Shown: piece after piece, positions 21,394-33,225 of the stretch
Layout of the letters: each line of letters begins with the position of its first letter
How positions within the stretch are numbered: the first letter of the stretch is position 1
Notes under the pieces: model-generated
What the model saw: only the letters and a program-made list of their open reading frames with translations
Database searches by the model: none
Told to the model about the DNA's origin: nothing
NCBI GenBank assembly: GCA_035301305.1
Contig: DATGUO010000055.1
Location: 23,779-87,778, forward strand
DNA: 64,000 nt
Direction of reading: 5' to 3'
From: Pseudogracilibacillus sp.
GTDB taxonomy: Bacteria; Bacillota; Bacilli; Bacillales; Amphibacillaceae
Translations under genes and position numbers: made by a program

Positions 21394-21425
21394 ACCTTCC
21401 TGTTTAAGGCTGCAAAGGCCAGTAA

Positions 21426-23186
21426 TTATAAAACACTTGCATGCCCTTGATGCACATTCCCTGTACTTCCATCAACGGTTACTTTTACACCGTCATCTAT
21501 CACTTGTACAACATCCTCTACCCCCACTACAACTGGAATGCCCATATTTAAACCTACCACAGCGGCGTGTGAGGTCAGTCCGCCTTCTTCTGTGATAATC
21601 CCGCCTGCTTTTTCAATTGCAGGCATCATATCCTTATCAGTGGCAAAGGTTACAAGAATATCGCCGTTTTGTACCCGAGCGTTTGCTTCTTCCGGTTTGT
21701 TTGTAACGACTGTTTTCCCAAAGGCATAATGACGCCCTAACCCTTGTCCTTTTGCAATGACATTTCCGATAACATGCACTTTCATCAAATTCGTCGTCCC
21801 CGATACACCCACTGGCACTCCTGCCGTGATAATGACTTTATCACCTTGTTGGAATAACTTTGTTTCCAATCCTTTTTGAACAGCAGTGTCCAACAATTCA
21901 TCTGTTGTATCCACTTCAACACTCAGTACAGGTTCTACCCCTGAGACTAAGGTCAAGCGACGGGAGACACTTTTGGAGAATGTTACAGCGACAATAGGTG
22001 CCTTTGGACGATACTTCGAAATCATCCGAGCAGAATAGCCGCTTTGCGTTGGGGTAATTAAGGCACTTACATCCAGACTGGAAGCCGTAAATGCAACGGA
22101 CTGACTTAACGCTTCTGTAATCGTCATGGATAAGGATTTTGCTCGATTTTCAAAAATTTCTTCAGGGTTAATTACGGTTTCTGTTTTTAAAGCAATCTGT
22201 TTCATCATGGCAACTGCCTCTTTAGGAAAATCGCCTGCTGCTGTCTCACCGGAAAGCATGATTGCATCTGTCCCGTCGAAAATAGCATTCGCAACATCCG
22301 ATGCTTCAGCTCTTGTAGGTCTTGGCTCCCATTGCATGGATTCCAGCATTTGCGTTGCTGTAATCACTGGTTTTCCTTCTAGATTACATTTGTTAATTAA
22401 ATCTTTTTGCACCATCGGTACTTCTTCAGGAGGAATTTCTACCCCTAGATCTCCTCTTGCCACCATAATTCCATCACTTGCTTCTAATATCTTCTCTATA
22501 TTATTGACGCCTTCGCGGTTTTCTATTTTAGAAATAATCTCAATTTGAGACGCATTATTGTCTTCTAATAATTTTTTGATTTCTAAAACATCCGTGTGCT
22601 CCCGAATAAAAGAAGCAGCAATGAAATCAATATCTTGTTCTATACCAAATTGGATATCGCGCACATCTTTATCTGTCATTGCCGGTAAGTTAACATGAAC
22701 ATCCGGGATATTAACCCCTTTTTTATTCTTAATAACTCCATTATTAATCACGCGTGCTTTTACTTCTTGTGCTTCTTTATCGACTGCTTCGACCTTCAAC
22801 TCAATAAGGCCATCATCTAACGAAATCTTCGTACCTTCATGAACGTCATCAATCAATCCTTTATAGGTCACCGAAAAACGTTCATTGGTTCCTTCTATAT
22901 CGTCCATCGTAATAATGACCTGGCTGTCTCTTTCAAGAAATGCTTCTCCATCTTTAAAATTCATGGTTCGTATTTCCGGGCCTTGTGTATCTAATAAAAT
23001 ACCTACTGTTTTATTTAATCGCTCTGCTACGTCCCGGATACGTTTAATACGCATTTGATGTTCTTCGTAATCACCATGAGAAAAGTTAAGGCGTGCTACG
23101 TTCATCCCATTCTGCATTAATGCAGTTAAAGTTTCTTCCGATTCAGAAGCAGGTCCAATGGTGGCTACTATTTTTGTTTTACGCAT
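21426..23186 (-). CDS. pyk: Pyruvate kinase with C-terminal PEP-utilizer domain
   Basis: 586 aa, [14 protein letters not shown], with a C-terminal TSHAAV swivel-domain motif. Confidence 0.97.
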   Translation of the reverse strand: MRKTKIVATIGPASESEETLTALMQNGMNVARLNFSHGDYEEHQMRIKRIRDVAERLNKTVGILLDTQGPEIRTMNFKDGEAFLERDSQVIITMDDIEGTNERFSVTYKGLIDDVHEGTKISLDDGLIELKVEAVDKEAQEVKARVINNGVIKNKKGVNIPDVHVNLPAMTDKDVRDIQFGIEQDIDFIAASFIREHTDVLEIKKLLEDNNASQIEIISKIENREGVNNIEKILEASDGIMVARGDLGVEIPPEEVPMVQKDLINKCNLEGKPVITATQMLESMQWEPRPTRAEASDVANAIFDGTDAIMLSGETAAGDFPKEAVAMMKQIALKTETVINPEEIFENRAKSLSMTITEALSQSVAFTASSLDVSALITPTQSGYSARMISKYRPKAPIVAVTFSKSVSRRLTLVSGVEPVLSVEVDTTDELLDTAVQKGLETKLFQQGDKVIITAGVPVGVSGTTNLMKVHVIGNVIAKGQGLGRHYAFGKTVVTNKPEEANARVQNGDILVTFATDKDMMPAIEKAGGIITEEGGLTSHAAVVGLNMGIPVVVGVEDVVQVIDDGVKVTVDGSTGNVHQGHASVL

Positions 23187-23206
23187 ACTATCATCCTTTT
23201 TTGTTT

Positions 23207-24178
<972 letters not shown>

Positions 24179-24322
24179 TTACTTGGTAACTTGTATAACT
24201 TTTAAAAGTATACAGGTTCCTTTATTTGATTAAAAACCAACAATATGAAAACTTAATGGTTATATATTTTGCTTATGCGTTACTATATATAGTCATCATA
24301 ACATACTAATCCTTGAAACCAC

Positions 24323-24350
24323 GAAGAGGCTGACATTTGTCAACCTCTTC
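24323..24350 (-). terminator. Hairpin after accA (terminator-like, weak U-tract)
   Basis: GC-rich stem gaagagg...cctcttc. The downstream T-tract is poor. Confidence 0.4.
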
Positions 24351-24360
24351 TGTACGTTTC

Positions 24361-25314
24361 TTATTCACTTGTATCGCCTATTTGACTAAATTTCTGCCAA
24401 CGCTGCTCTAAAATTTCTTCTTCTGAGAGACCCAGCAATTCTTGAAGCGAATCGTCCAACACTCGGTCAATATAGTCTGCTTGTTGTTCGATATCCCGAT
24501 GTGCGCCTCCCATTGGTTCTGAAATGATTTCATCAATGACTTCCAATTTCTTTAAATCAGGAGCGGTAATTTTCATCGACTCTGCAGCATCTCTTGCCTT
24601 TCCGGAGTCTTTCCACAATAATGCTGCTGCACCTTCTGGAGATATAACCGAATACGTGGAGTTCTCCAGCATATGAACTTTGTTGCCCACTCCCAGTGCT
24701 AAAGCACCGCCGCTTCCGCCTTCTCCAATAACAATACTGATAACCGGGGTCGTGAGGCCTGCCATCTCTTTTAAATTATACGCAATGGCTTCACTTTGTC
24801 CTCGTTCTTCAGCTGCCTTTCCTGGTTCAGCTCCTTTTGTGTCGATAAAAGTAACCACCGGCCGATTGAATTTCTCTGCTTGCTTCATATGACGAATAGC
24901 TTTTCGATATCCTTCAGGATGAGGCATACCAAAATTCCGGTGAATATTTTCTTTCGTTTTCTTTCCTCTTTGGTGGCCGACGACTGTAATCGCTTGGCCA
25001 CGATACATTGCAATCCCGCTTACAATCGCTGGATCATCTCCAAAATAACGATCGCCATGAAACTCTAAAAATTGATCAAATAAATAATATATATAATCTA
25101 ATGTAGTAGGACGTGATTGGTGGCGCGCTATTTGTACACGATTCCATGGATTTAAGTTGGAATAAATATCATCTTCCAACGAAGCAAGTCTTTGTTCTAA
25201 AGTGGCTATCTCTTCCGTTAAGTCAATTTCACTGTCTTGAGAAATATTTTTTAATTCTTCAATTTTATCTTTTAAATTAAATATAGGTTTTTCAAATTCT
25301 AACATAGGACTCAT
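24361..25314 (-). CDS. accA: Acetyl-CoA carboxylase carboxyltransferase alpha subunit
   Basis: 317 aa, LEFEKPI..., with an ATGA overlap with accD. Confidence 0.96.
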   Translation of the reverse strand: MSPMLEFEKPIFNLKDKIEELKNISQDSEIDLTEEIATLEQRLASLEDDIYSNLNPWNRVQIARHQSRPTTLDYIYYLFDQFLEFHGDRYFGDDPAIVSGIAMYRGQAITVVGHQRGKKTKENIHRNFGMPHPEGYRKAIRHMKQAEKFNRPVVTFIDTKGAEPGKAAEERGQSEAIAYNLKEMAGLTTPVISIVIGEGGSGGALALGVGNKVHMLENSTYSVISPEGAAALLWKDSGKARDAAESMKITAPDLKKLEVIDEIISEPMGGAHRDIEQQADYIDRVLDDSLQELLGLSEEEILEQRWQKFSQIGDTSE

Positions 25315-26204
25315 TGGGCCATTCCTCCTCCTTCTTCTTTTCGAAAGGAAGAAGAATTTGATGCTTCATGGATTTGTAACACGGTTGCTAATTGACTTTT
25401 CATGTCATGCCGATGAATAATTTGATCGAGTTGTCCATGCTTCATTAAAAATTCAGCTGTTTGAAAATCATCCGGTAACTTTTCGCGAGTCGTTTGTTCT
25501 ATGATTCTTCGTCCAGCAAATCCAATCAATGCTTTAGGCTCTGCAAAATTATAGTCACCCAATGATGCAAAACTAGCAGTGACGCCTCCTGTCGTTGGAT
25601 GCGTCAACACGGAAATCATTAATCCCCCATTATCTGAAAAACGTTGAATAGCAGCAGAGGTTTTCGCCATCTGCATCAGACTGAGGACACCTTCTTGCAT
25701 TCTTGCCCCACCAGATGCAGTAAATATGATAAATGGAAGGCCTGCTTCTTTTGCTTTCTCGATGGCGCGGGAAATTTTTTCACCAACAACGGACCCCATG
25801 CTTCCCATACGAAAACTGGCATCCATCACAGCAAATACTGTCTCACATCCTTCGATTTTTCCTTTTCCAGTAACAACAGCTTCTTTGAGCCCTGTTTTCA
25901 GTTGATCTTTTTCAACTTTCTCTAAATAACCGGGAAATTCTAAAGGGTTGTTGGTCGTTATTTGTTCGTCCCACTCTTCAAATGTTTCCTCATCAAATAT
26001 CTGTTCGATTCTGTTCCATGCATACAACTGATGATGATAATCGCAGTTAGGGCAAACATATATATTTTTCTTTAATTCTTTCCGGTAATAAATGTTTTGA
26101 CAATTTTCACATTTCATCATGAGGCCGGCAGGAATATCCTGTTTGGCTTTTTCATCAGGGATGTTATGGTTTTTTTTACCACGTGTAAAAATATTTCGAA
26201 GCAA
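25311..26204 (-). CDS. accD: Acetyl-CoA carboxylase carboxyltransferase beta subunit
   Basis: Zn ribbon CxxC...CPxC. It has a TTG start after GAGGAGGGG. Confidence 0.95.
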   Translation of the reverse strand: MLRNIFTRGKKNHNIPDEKAKQDIPAGLMMKCENCQNIYYRKELKKNIYVCPNCDYHHQLYAWNRIEQIFDEETFEEWDEQITTNNPLEFPGYLEKVEKDQLKTGLKEAVVTGKGKIEGCETVFAVMDASFRMGSMGSVVGEKISRAIEKAKEAGLPFIIFTASGGARMQEGVLSLMQMAKTSAAIQRFSDNGGLMISVLTHPTTGGVTASFASLGDYNFAEPKALIGFAGRRIIEQTTREKLPDDFQTAEFLMKHGQLDQIIHRHDMKSQLATVLQIHEASNSSSFRKEEGGGMAQ

Positions 26205-26336
26205 GTATACCCCTCCTCTTTAAAACAATTCGAGCAATAAGCATAGCAAACGTTGCATTCGCGTCAAAGGGAAATGAGCAAGCCTTCTCCGTTTTTCTAA
26301 AAACGCTTATGCTTTACATTCCCCTCTCAGGAGCCA

Positions 26337-26389
26337 ATGCCTTTGTTACGCTTATGCAGTAAGAAAGGATTTTACTTTCTTAATAACTG
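26337..26389. repeat. Copy C of a recurring intergenic motif (tgcCTTTGTTACGCTTATGCAGTAAGAAAG plus hairpin)
   Basis: Matches the 60958 copy at 23 of 26 positions with one gap. The hairpin is taagaaag/ctttctta. Confidence 0.5.
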
Positions 26390-26533
26390 GCTTAATCTAG
26401 ACTTATCACTCTTTATATACACTCTTAAACTTTTTTCTTGCCTTCTCTAACTATACTTGATTTTACGCTATTTTTCTACTTTTTGACAATCATCCTTTTT
26501 GCATGAAAGAGGGGTATCTTTATAGAACTCTCT

Positions 26534-27775
26534 TTATGACTCTTTATCTATCAAATTCATTTGTCTCGTTTTTTCAGCAACATCTTCCGGATCCACGTTT
26601 ACTCTGGCAACACCGCTGTCCATTGCCGACTTTGCAACACTTTTCGCGACCGCTGGTGCTACTCTCGGGTCAAATGGAGCAGGAATCACGTAATCAGCAT
26701 TCAGTTCCTCTTCTGTGATTAATTCTGCAATCGCTTCTACTGCCGCCATCTTCATTCTTTCGTTAATACGGGTAGCGCGAACATCCAGCGCACCTCTGAA
26801 AATACCAGGAAACGCTAATACGTTATTAACTTGATTTGGATAATCCGAGCGTCCTGTTCCGATTATTTTTGCGCCAGCTTTTTTAGCGTCTGCAGGAATA
26901 ATTTCAGGATCTGGATTTGCCATAGCAAAAATAATTGGATTATCATTCATCTTCTTCACCATGTCAACGGTTAAAGCGCCGCCGACGGAAACGCCAATAA
27001 ACACATCAGCTCCCTCTATGACTTCATCCAGAGAACCTTGCAGACGTTTCGGGTTCGTCTTTTCAGCGACTACTTCTTTCACGTTATTCATGCGGCGAGG
27101 GCGTCCTTCGTAAATCGCTCCCATCGAATCACACATAATCGTCTCTCCAACCCCAAAACTTTCCAGCAACTTAATAATAGCCATTCCTGCTGCCCCGGCG
27201 CCGTTCGCAACGACTTTAATGTTTTTGAACGTTTTGCCGGTTAGTTTCAGCGCATTCAAAAGACCAGCTACCGTTACAATTGCTGTTCCATGCTGATCAT
27301 CATGAAAAATAGGAATTTCCGTTTCTTTCTTAAGACGCTCTTCGATAATAAAACAATTAGGCGCCGCAATGTCTTCTAAGTTCACTCCGCCAAACGTTGG
27401 TTCCAAACGTTTTACCGTATCAACAATTTCATCGATATCACTCGTATTTAAACAAAGTGGAAAGGAATCAACACCAGCAAATGATTTGAATAAAACTGAT
27501 TTCCCTTCCATAACCGGAAGTGCTGCTTCTGCTCCGATATTCCCCAGCCCCAGCACTGCAGAACCGTCGCTAATAACTGCAACCATATTTCCTTTCATTG
27601 TATAATCATAGACCGTTCGTTTGTCCTGGAAAATTTCTTTGCATGGTTCTGCTACACCTGGTGAATATGCTAAACTTAAATCTTCTTTATTTTTAACAGG
27701 TACCTTCGTATTCACCGTCAGCTTTCCTTGCTTCACACGGTGCATTTGCAGTGCTTCGTCACGTAATTTCGACAT
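26534..27775 (-). CDS. ytsJ: NADP-dependent malic enzyme (YtsJ-like, short form)
   Basis: 413 aa with malic enzyme motifs (FHDDQHGTA, NGAGAAG). Synteny is dnaE-ytsJ-accD. Confidence 0.88.
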   Translation of the reverse strand: MSKLRDEALQMHRVKQGKLTVNTKVPVKNKEDLSLAYSPGVAEPCKEIFQDKRTVYDYTMKGNMVAVISDGSAVLGLGNIGAEAALPVMEGKSVLFKSFAGVDSFPLCLNTSDIDEIVDTVKRLEPTFGGVNLEDIAAPNCFIIEERLKKETEIPIFHDDQHGTAIVTVAGLLNALKLTGKTFKNIKVVANGAGAAGMAIIKLLESFGVGETIMCDSMGAIYEGRPRRMNNVKEVVAEKTNPKRLQGSLDEVIEGADVFIGVSVGGALTVDMVKKMNDNPIIFAMANPDPEIIPADAKKAGAKIIGTGRSDYPNQVNNVLAFPGIFRGALDVRATRINERMKMAAVEAIAELITEEELNADYVIPAPFDPRVAPAVAKSVAKSAMDSGVARVNVDPEDVAEKTRQMNLIDKES

Positions 27776-27954
27776 ACAGTTATCGCTCCTCCATATTATT
27801 TAAACTATTCTTCGTTAATTAGTGGTACGTTAAATTATAACAAAACTTCTTAAAATAGAAAGCACAAATCATTCAAATTCTTCCAGAATCGATGTTTTTT
27901 CTTCAGGTTCTCTCTTCTCTATTCTCAAAACATACTCGTATAAAACAAGCGTCA

Positions 27955-30900
27955 TTAAGCATCAAAAACAACATTTTCTTCTCCGAAATAGGCTTGTAAA
28001 AATGGCATCATATCCTTTTTATCAGCGAGATTATACTGCTTTCCAAGTTTATACGTTCGTTTATCTGCTTCATGATGAACGAACACTATATGTTCCCCTG
28101 GATACAAACGAGCAGCTTTTTGAAGAAATTCAAGCGCAGCCTTTTCTTCGATATCTTTCGTCATTCGAATGAAAAGATGAGCCTTTGCGTAATGCTGGAT
28201 ATCTCCTAAATCCACAGATGAAATCCGGTTAATAATCAACTGTTTCTTTCCTTGTCTCACACTTACGTTCCCTTCTAATGCAATAAAGGTTTCTTCTGTT
28301 AAGGTTGCACTCACTTCACGAAATTGCTGCGGAAACAGCACAGCATCCAAATCGCCGGTTTCATCTCCTATTTCCAGAAAAGCCATGGAGTCTCCTCGTT
28401 TCGTACGAATTTTTTTCATACTTTGCAAAACCGTAATCATATGTACTGCTCTTTTTTCAGGTAATTCAAAAACGGCTGAAATGGCTGTATATCCATTCAT
28501 ACTTAATCGTCGCCGGTATTCCTGCAAGGGGTGTTTGGAAACATACATTTGCAATAAATCTTTTTCATCTTGTAATTTTTTGATAGAAGGAAAATCTTCT
28601 TTCGAAACATAATTTGGCTTCATTTCCATTTCCGGAGGGAATAATTCATGTTGATCGCCAAATAATTCCGCATAATCCAGCGCTTGATCAATAGATGCTA
28701 ACAGACTGGCCCGATTATCGTATGTTTCATCAAATACTCCAGCTAAAATCAATGTTTCAATGGTTTTGCGCTTGAGGTTTTTCAATCGTAAACAAAAATC
28801 AAAAAGATTGGAAAAAGCTCCTTGTTTGCGTGCTTCTATAATCAGGCGTACCGTTTCATATCCAATTCCTTTAATCGCCATTAGGCCTGTACGGACATGC
28901 GATCCTTCGACCCGGAAATAAGCGAAACTTTGATTCAGCGACGGCGGCAGCATCTGGATACCTAATTCATTCGCTTCCCGCATATAAGTGCGTAATTTAA
29001 GAGCATCATTCATCGCCGTGCTAAATAATTGTGCAAAGAAATAAGTCGGGTAATGAGCTTTTAAATAGCTCAATTGGTACGAAATTTTACTATACGCTAC
29101 CGAATGACTTTTATTAAATCCATAATCCGCAAACTTATATATCCAGGAAAACATCTCTTCCGCTATAGCTGTTGGGTAGTTTTTAGCTTTGCATCCTTGA
29201 ACGAATGTTTCTTTCTGTTCCTGGATCAATTCATGATTTTTATCGCCAATCGCTCTGCGCAATATATCAGCCTGTCCTAAAGATAAACCCGCAAATTGAT
29301 GAGCCACCTGCATAATTTGTTCCTGATAAACGAGCACCCCGTATGTCGGCTCTAAAATACTTTGTAAGTCCGGATGTAAATAAGTAATGGCTTCTTTTCC
29401 ATGCTTCCGATTAATATAAGCAGGTATTTGATCCATCGGTCCTGGTCGGTACAATGCGTTTAATGCAATAATATCAGCTAAGGAGGTAGGCTGCAGCCTC
29501 GTTAATACTTGCTTCATTCCTGCTGATTCTAATTGGAAGACGCCATTTGTTTTTCCTTTTTGAAGTAAAGCAAATGTCGCTTCATCTGTTTCTGGCAAAT
29601 TTTCTACATCGATGGTAATCTTTTCCGCACGTTGAATGCTTTGTACAATCCGCTCAATTAGCGTTAAATTCCTCAGGCCCAATATATCCATTTTAAGTAA
29701 ACCAATCGACTCTAACTCGTGCATGGCATATTGAGTTAAATAAGAATTCGTTGACCCTTTGGTTAATGGAACATCTGCCAGTAAATTTTCTTTCCCTATC
29801 ACCACACCAGCCGCATGTGTAGACATATGACGAGGCAGTCCTTCAATCGTGACTGCAATTTTAAATAAGGTCCGCAGCACATTAGAACTTTTAATATAAG
29901 TTGCAAATTCCGGCGAGGCTTGGACAAAACTAGCTATCGGCTGATCAGCGGGCAATCCAATATGTTTTAAAATATACGCCTGATCGCGGTCATCCACTTC
30001 CATTACTTTCATTAATTCCCGCATTAAAGATCGCGCTTGAAAGGTACCAAAAGTAATAATCTGCGCAACGTGCTCTTCTCCGTATTTCTCACGAATATAC
30101 TCGATTATTTCTTCTCGGCGAACATCCGAAAAATCAATATCAATATCCGGCATCGTTACCCGCTCTGGATTTAAGAATCGCTCAAACAGTAGATCATACT
30201 TTAATGGATCCACATTCGTAATACCCAGCACATAAGCTACGATGGAACCGGCAGCTGAGCCACGCCCGGGGCCTACCACAATCTGCTGTTCTTTCGCAAA
30301 TTGCACAAAGTCCTGCACAATTAAAAAATAGTCACTGAACGCTAGCTCATCAATAATTGCCAGTTCATAATCCAACCTTTTTTCTGCTTCCTGTCGGCGC
30401 TCCTTGTACTTATCTTTCAACAAATCATGACAGAGCTTTTTTAAATAATCGCTGGCGCTTTGCTTTCCCGGGACTGGAAAAGCAGGCAACAGTCTTTGGT
30501 TAAAGTTCAACTCTACTGAACAGCAACGCATAATATGCTCATTTGCTTCTAAAAGTTCCGGAACGTCCAGGAATAATTTTTGCATTTCTTCATCAGAACG
30601 TAAATGATGTTCACCGCGGATATTCTTATCTGGAGAAGGCTGCCATTTTTTTCCCTGCTTCATTGCCTGCAAACAATCATAACTCAATTGATCATTTTGC
30701 TCCGCATAACGAGCATCATGGTGCGCGACAAGGGTAAAGCTTGTATTTTCTTGAATAGATCTTACTTTTTCAACAAAAGCGGAGTTATCTGTTTCTTTAT
30801 AAAATTCCATTCCCAAATACAAGTTTTTTGCTGAAATAGATGCTTTCAGTGTTTCATATAATTGTTGCAGAGCTGTATAGGAACCTTGAGTAATCCACTG

Positions 30901-31290
30901 GTCTACAGCAGGGTCAGACGAGGAAACAATGCAGAAAAGATCTTCCTGATGGTCCTCCAGCAACGATAAAGTACAAGCGTTGTTCAACTGTATCGCTGTC
31001 GACAAAGCAATTAAATGTTGATACCCTTTATTTGATTTCGCCAATAATACGGCAGATACAGAACTTGAAAATTCCTCCAGCTCTATCGTTACCTGCATGC
31101 CGATTACCGGCTTAATCCCGTATCGCTTGCAAGTTTGATAAAAGGAGATGGCTCCATATAAAACACCTTCATCCGTCAATGCTAAAGCAGGGCAGTTCAG
31201 TTGTCTGGCGCGCGCAATGAGTTTGTCAACCGTCATTGTGCTTTCGTAAAAACTATAACCGCTCCTCACTTGTAAATGAGTAAATGGCAT
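27955..31290 (-). CDS. dnaE: DNA polymerase III alpha subunit (DnaE)
   Basis: About 1111 aa with a PHP domain (HLQVRSGYS) and polymerase core. The start is set at ATG 31290, 5 nt after GGGAG. Confidence 0.96.
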   Translation of the reverse strand: MPFTHLQVRSGYSFYESTMTVDKLIARARQLNCPALALTDEGVLYGAISFYQTCKRYGIKPVIGMQVTIELEEFSSSVSAVLLAKSNKGYQHLIALSTAIQLNNACTLSLLEDHQEDLFCIVSSSDPAVDQWITQGSYTALQQLYETLKASISAKNLYLGMEFYKETDNSAFVEKVRSIQENTSFTLVAHHDARYAEQNDQLSYDCLQAMKQGKKWQPSPDKNIRGEHHLRSDEEMQKLFLDVPELLEANEHIMRCCSVELNFNQRLLPAFPVPGKQSASDYLKKLCHDLLKDKYKERRQEAEKRLDYELAIIDELAFSDYFLIVQDFVQFAKEQQIVVGPGRGSAAGSIVAYVLGITNVDPLKYDLLFERFLNPERVTMPDIDIDFSDVRREEIIEYIREKYGEEHVAQIITFGTFQARSLMRELMKVMEVDDRDQAYILKHIGLPADQPIASFVQASPEFATYIKSSNVLRTLFKIAVTIEGLPRHMSTHAAGVVIGKENLLADVPLTKGSTNSYLTQYAMHELESIGLLKMDILGLRNLTLIERIVQSIQRAEKITIDVENLPETDEATFALLQKGKTNGVFQLESAGMKQVLTRLQPTSLADIIALNALYRPGPMDQIPAYINRKHGKEAITYLHPDLQSILEPTYGVLVYQEQIMQVAHQFAGLSLGQADILRRAIGDKNHELIQEQKETFVQGCKAKNYPTAIAEEMFSWIYKFADYGFNKSHSVAYSKISYQLSYLKAHYPTYFFAQLFSTAMNDALKLRTYMREANELGIQMLPPSLNQSFAYFRVEGSHVRTGLMAIKGIGYETVRLIIEARKQGAFSNLFDFCLRLKNLKRKTIETLILAGVFDETYDNRASLLASIDQALDYAELFGDQHELFPPEMEMKPNYVSKEDFPSIKKLQDEKDLLQMYVSKHPLQEYRRRLSMNGYTAISAVFELPEKRAVHMITVLQSMKKIRTKRGDSMAFLEIGDETGDLDAVLFPQQFREVSATLTEETFIALEGNVSVRQGKKQLIINRISSVDLGDIQHYAKAHLFIRMTKDIEEKAALEFLQKAARLYPGEHIVFVHHEADKRTYKLGKQYNLADKKDMMPFLQAYFGEENVVFDA

Positions 31291-31513
31291 AATCACTCCC
31301 TACTTTCTACCGATAATCAGAACATATCTTCTGTTTTCATTATAGCTTTTAAACTCATTGCTTTTCAATCGATTTACAACTTCTTTAATCGTCAAACAAT
31401 TGTTTCTTTTCTGAACATTTAATGACTATTCAAGCAACACCCTAGTAATTTCAAATAAGACAGCATATAATAAAGATAACAAATCTTTCATAAGGAGAAA
31501 GGAGCGTATCAAC

Positions 31514-31705
31514 ATGACTGTAATGGACCCTCAAAAAATGCGCGAAGAAAAAATGCAGACATTGAAAGAAGGAATTACTGTCTATGCGGAGACAGAAGAA
31601 TTCATTCGGATGTTGAAGCGCGGCATTGAGAGAGAAGGGCTGGATGTCATTATTGATAAATCAAGCAGTGGAAGCTGGTTTATTCCAAACAATGACCCAA
31701 AATAA
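31514..31705 (+). CDS. Small hypothetical protein (63 aa)
   Basis: Good RBS (aaggagaaaggag) and its own terminator. I recognise no family. Confidence 0.5.
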   Translation: MTVMDPQKMREEKMQTLKEGITVYAETEEFIRMLKRGIEREGLDVIIDKSSSGSWFIPNNDPK

Positions 31706-31717
31706 ACTTTTATAAAT

Positions 31718-31758
31718 ATGCTGAATTTCAGATAATCTGAAATTCAGCATGTTTTTTT
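31718..31758. terminator. Bidirectional terminator shared by the small ORF and nrnA
   Basis: Perfect 14-bp stem atgctgaatttcag / ctgaaattcagcat plus T7. Confidence 0.85.
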
Positions 31759-32692
31759 AGGAGAGCAGCTTTTGTAAATCTGCTGTTAAACTTTCTGTTT
31801 CTTCCCATGTTGCTGGAGAAGCGCCTGCCGCAAGAGGATGACCCCCGCCTCGATACGTTGCAGCTACTTCATTAATAATTGGTCCTTTTGACCGGATACT
31901 TGCCCGTATTTTTTCGTCTTCTTCTATAAATAATGCCCAAATGCGAATGCCTGCAATATCTGCAAGTGTGCCTACCAATTTCCCCGCTTCTTGTGGAGTA
32001 ACTTCGTGTTCCAGCAGCACATCTTTCGTTAAACAGACTGTCGCAACCCCTTGTGGGTAAAACCTGTAATTTTCCAGAATATAACCTCGCAGTCTTGCTG
32101 CATGCGGGCTGATTTTATATAATTCATCGTATAAATCCTGCCGGTTGAAATCAAATTCAATTAAATCTGCAGCATAACGAAACGTTTGATTTGTTGTGTT
32201 AGCAAACATAAATCTCCCTGTATCGCCAATAATGCCTGCATAAATCAGGCGGGCTGCTTCCTGATTTATTTTTAAACCTTGTTCTTTACCATGCAAGAAT
32301 AACTTATAGATCATTTCTGAAGTAGAACTGGCTTCTGTATCTACCCAGACAATGTCCCCATACGCGTCATGGTTTGGATGATGGTCTATTTTAATAAGTT
32401 TCGCTCCTGTATCGTAACGGTCATCACTGATTCTCGCTGTATTTGCTGTATCACAAACGATAACCAGCGCCTGTTTAAACCTGTCGTCCTCTATGTCATC
32501 CATATCGTTTAAGAAATCCAGGTTCGGATCTTCTTCTCCTACAGCAAAAATATTTTTGTCTGGATATGTTGCTTGCAATATCTCTTTTAAAGCGCCCTGA
32601 GAACCGATTGCATCTGGATCTGGCCGGACATGCCGGTGAATAATAATCGTTTCAAAGTCATTTATTGTGTCTAAAATGTGTTGTAATACCAC
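31757..32692 (-). CDS. nrnA: Bifunctional oligoribonuclease / pAp phosphatase NrnA (DHH/DHHA1)
   Basis: DHH motifs (HRHVRPDPDAIGS, DHH, GGGH). It has a GTG start after GGAG. Confidence 0.9.
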   Translation of the reverse strand: MVLQHILDTINDFETIIIHRHVRPDPDAIGSQGALKEILQATYPDKNIFAVGEEDPNLDFLNDMDDIEDDRFKQALVIVCDTANTARISDDRYDTGAKLIKIDHHPNHDAYGDIVWVDTEASSTSEMIYKLFLHGKEQGLKINQEAARLIYAGIIGDTGRFMFANTTNQTFRYAADLIEFDFNRQDLYDELYKISPHAARLRGYILENYRFYPQGVATVCLTKDVLLEHEVTPQEAGKLVGTLADIAGIRIWALFIEEDEKIRASIRSKGPIINEVAATYRGGGHPLAAGASPATWEETESLTADLQKLLS

Positions 32693-32788
32693 TGTAAATT
32701 CTCCGTTCCTTATATTTTTTTCTAGCTTATTCTTTCAAAAAAAGCTACAATGGGCTTTGAAGCTTACTATTTACGAGGAGTCGATGAA

Positions 32789-33088
32789 ATGTTTATTATA
32801 GCACTTTTCATTATATTATCAGTAGTCTTTTATATTTATTATAAAGTTTCTATTTTGCGGACAAAAGACAGTTTACTTCAGAAATATACCAATGCAAAAT
32901 CACGTGTTTGTTTTGGAAGTTTCTTAATTTTCTTTGCCATTAACCAGTATTTAGCTTACCAGCAAAAATTCGTATTGATCATTAGCCTCATTTTCTTTGT
33001 TCTTGGAATTATGCAGGCCGTTGACGGGTATAAAGAAGCCAAGCATTATCGAAATGAATGGCGTCGTCTTTATCCTGAAGGAAATTAA
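32789..33088 (+). CDS. ytpI: YtpI-like small membrane protein
   Basis: About 99 aa with 3 hydrophobic segments. The start is set at ATG 32789, 8 nt after GAGGAG. Its position between nrnA and ytoI matches B. subtilis. Confidence 0.6.
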   Translation: MFIIALFIILSVVFYIYYKVSILRTKDSLLQKYTNAKSRVCFGSFLIFFAINQYLAYQQKFVLIISLIFFVLGIMQAVDGYKEAKHYRNEWRRLYPEGN

Positions 33089-33225
33089 CTTTTTATTCTT
33101 TCACGGTGTTAAACAATTTCGTTTTTTAAATATGGTCTCCACTTCAATGAATCAACTCTTGTGTGCGAAAATGCTGCTTTTGCTCACAGGAGTTTTTTAT
33201 TTTCCTTAATGAAAGCAATTCCTTT

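Noticed and set aside
22126-22548. Long antisense ORFs inside well-supported genes. Examples are 22126-22548 in pyk, 13058-13399 across mutM/polA, 36808-37417 in ald, 45924-46259 in ezrA and 9847-10149 in nrdR.
   Set aside because: These are shadow ORFs opposite strongly conserved coding sequence. They have odd composition (S/C/F-rich) and no RBS.
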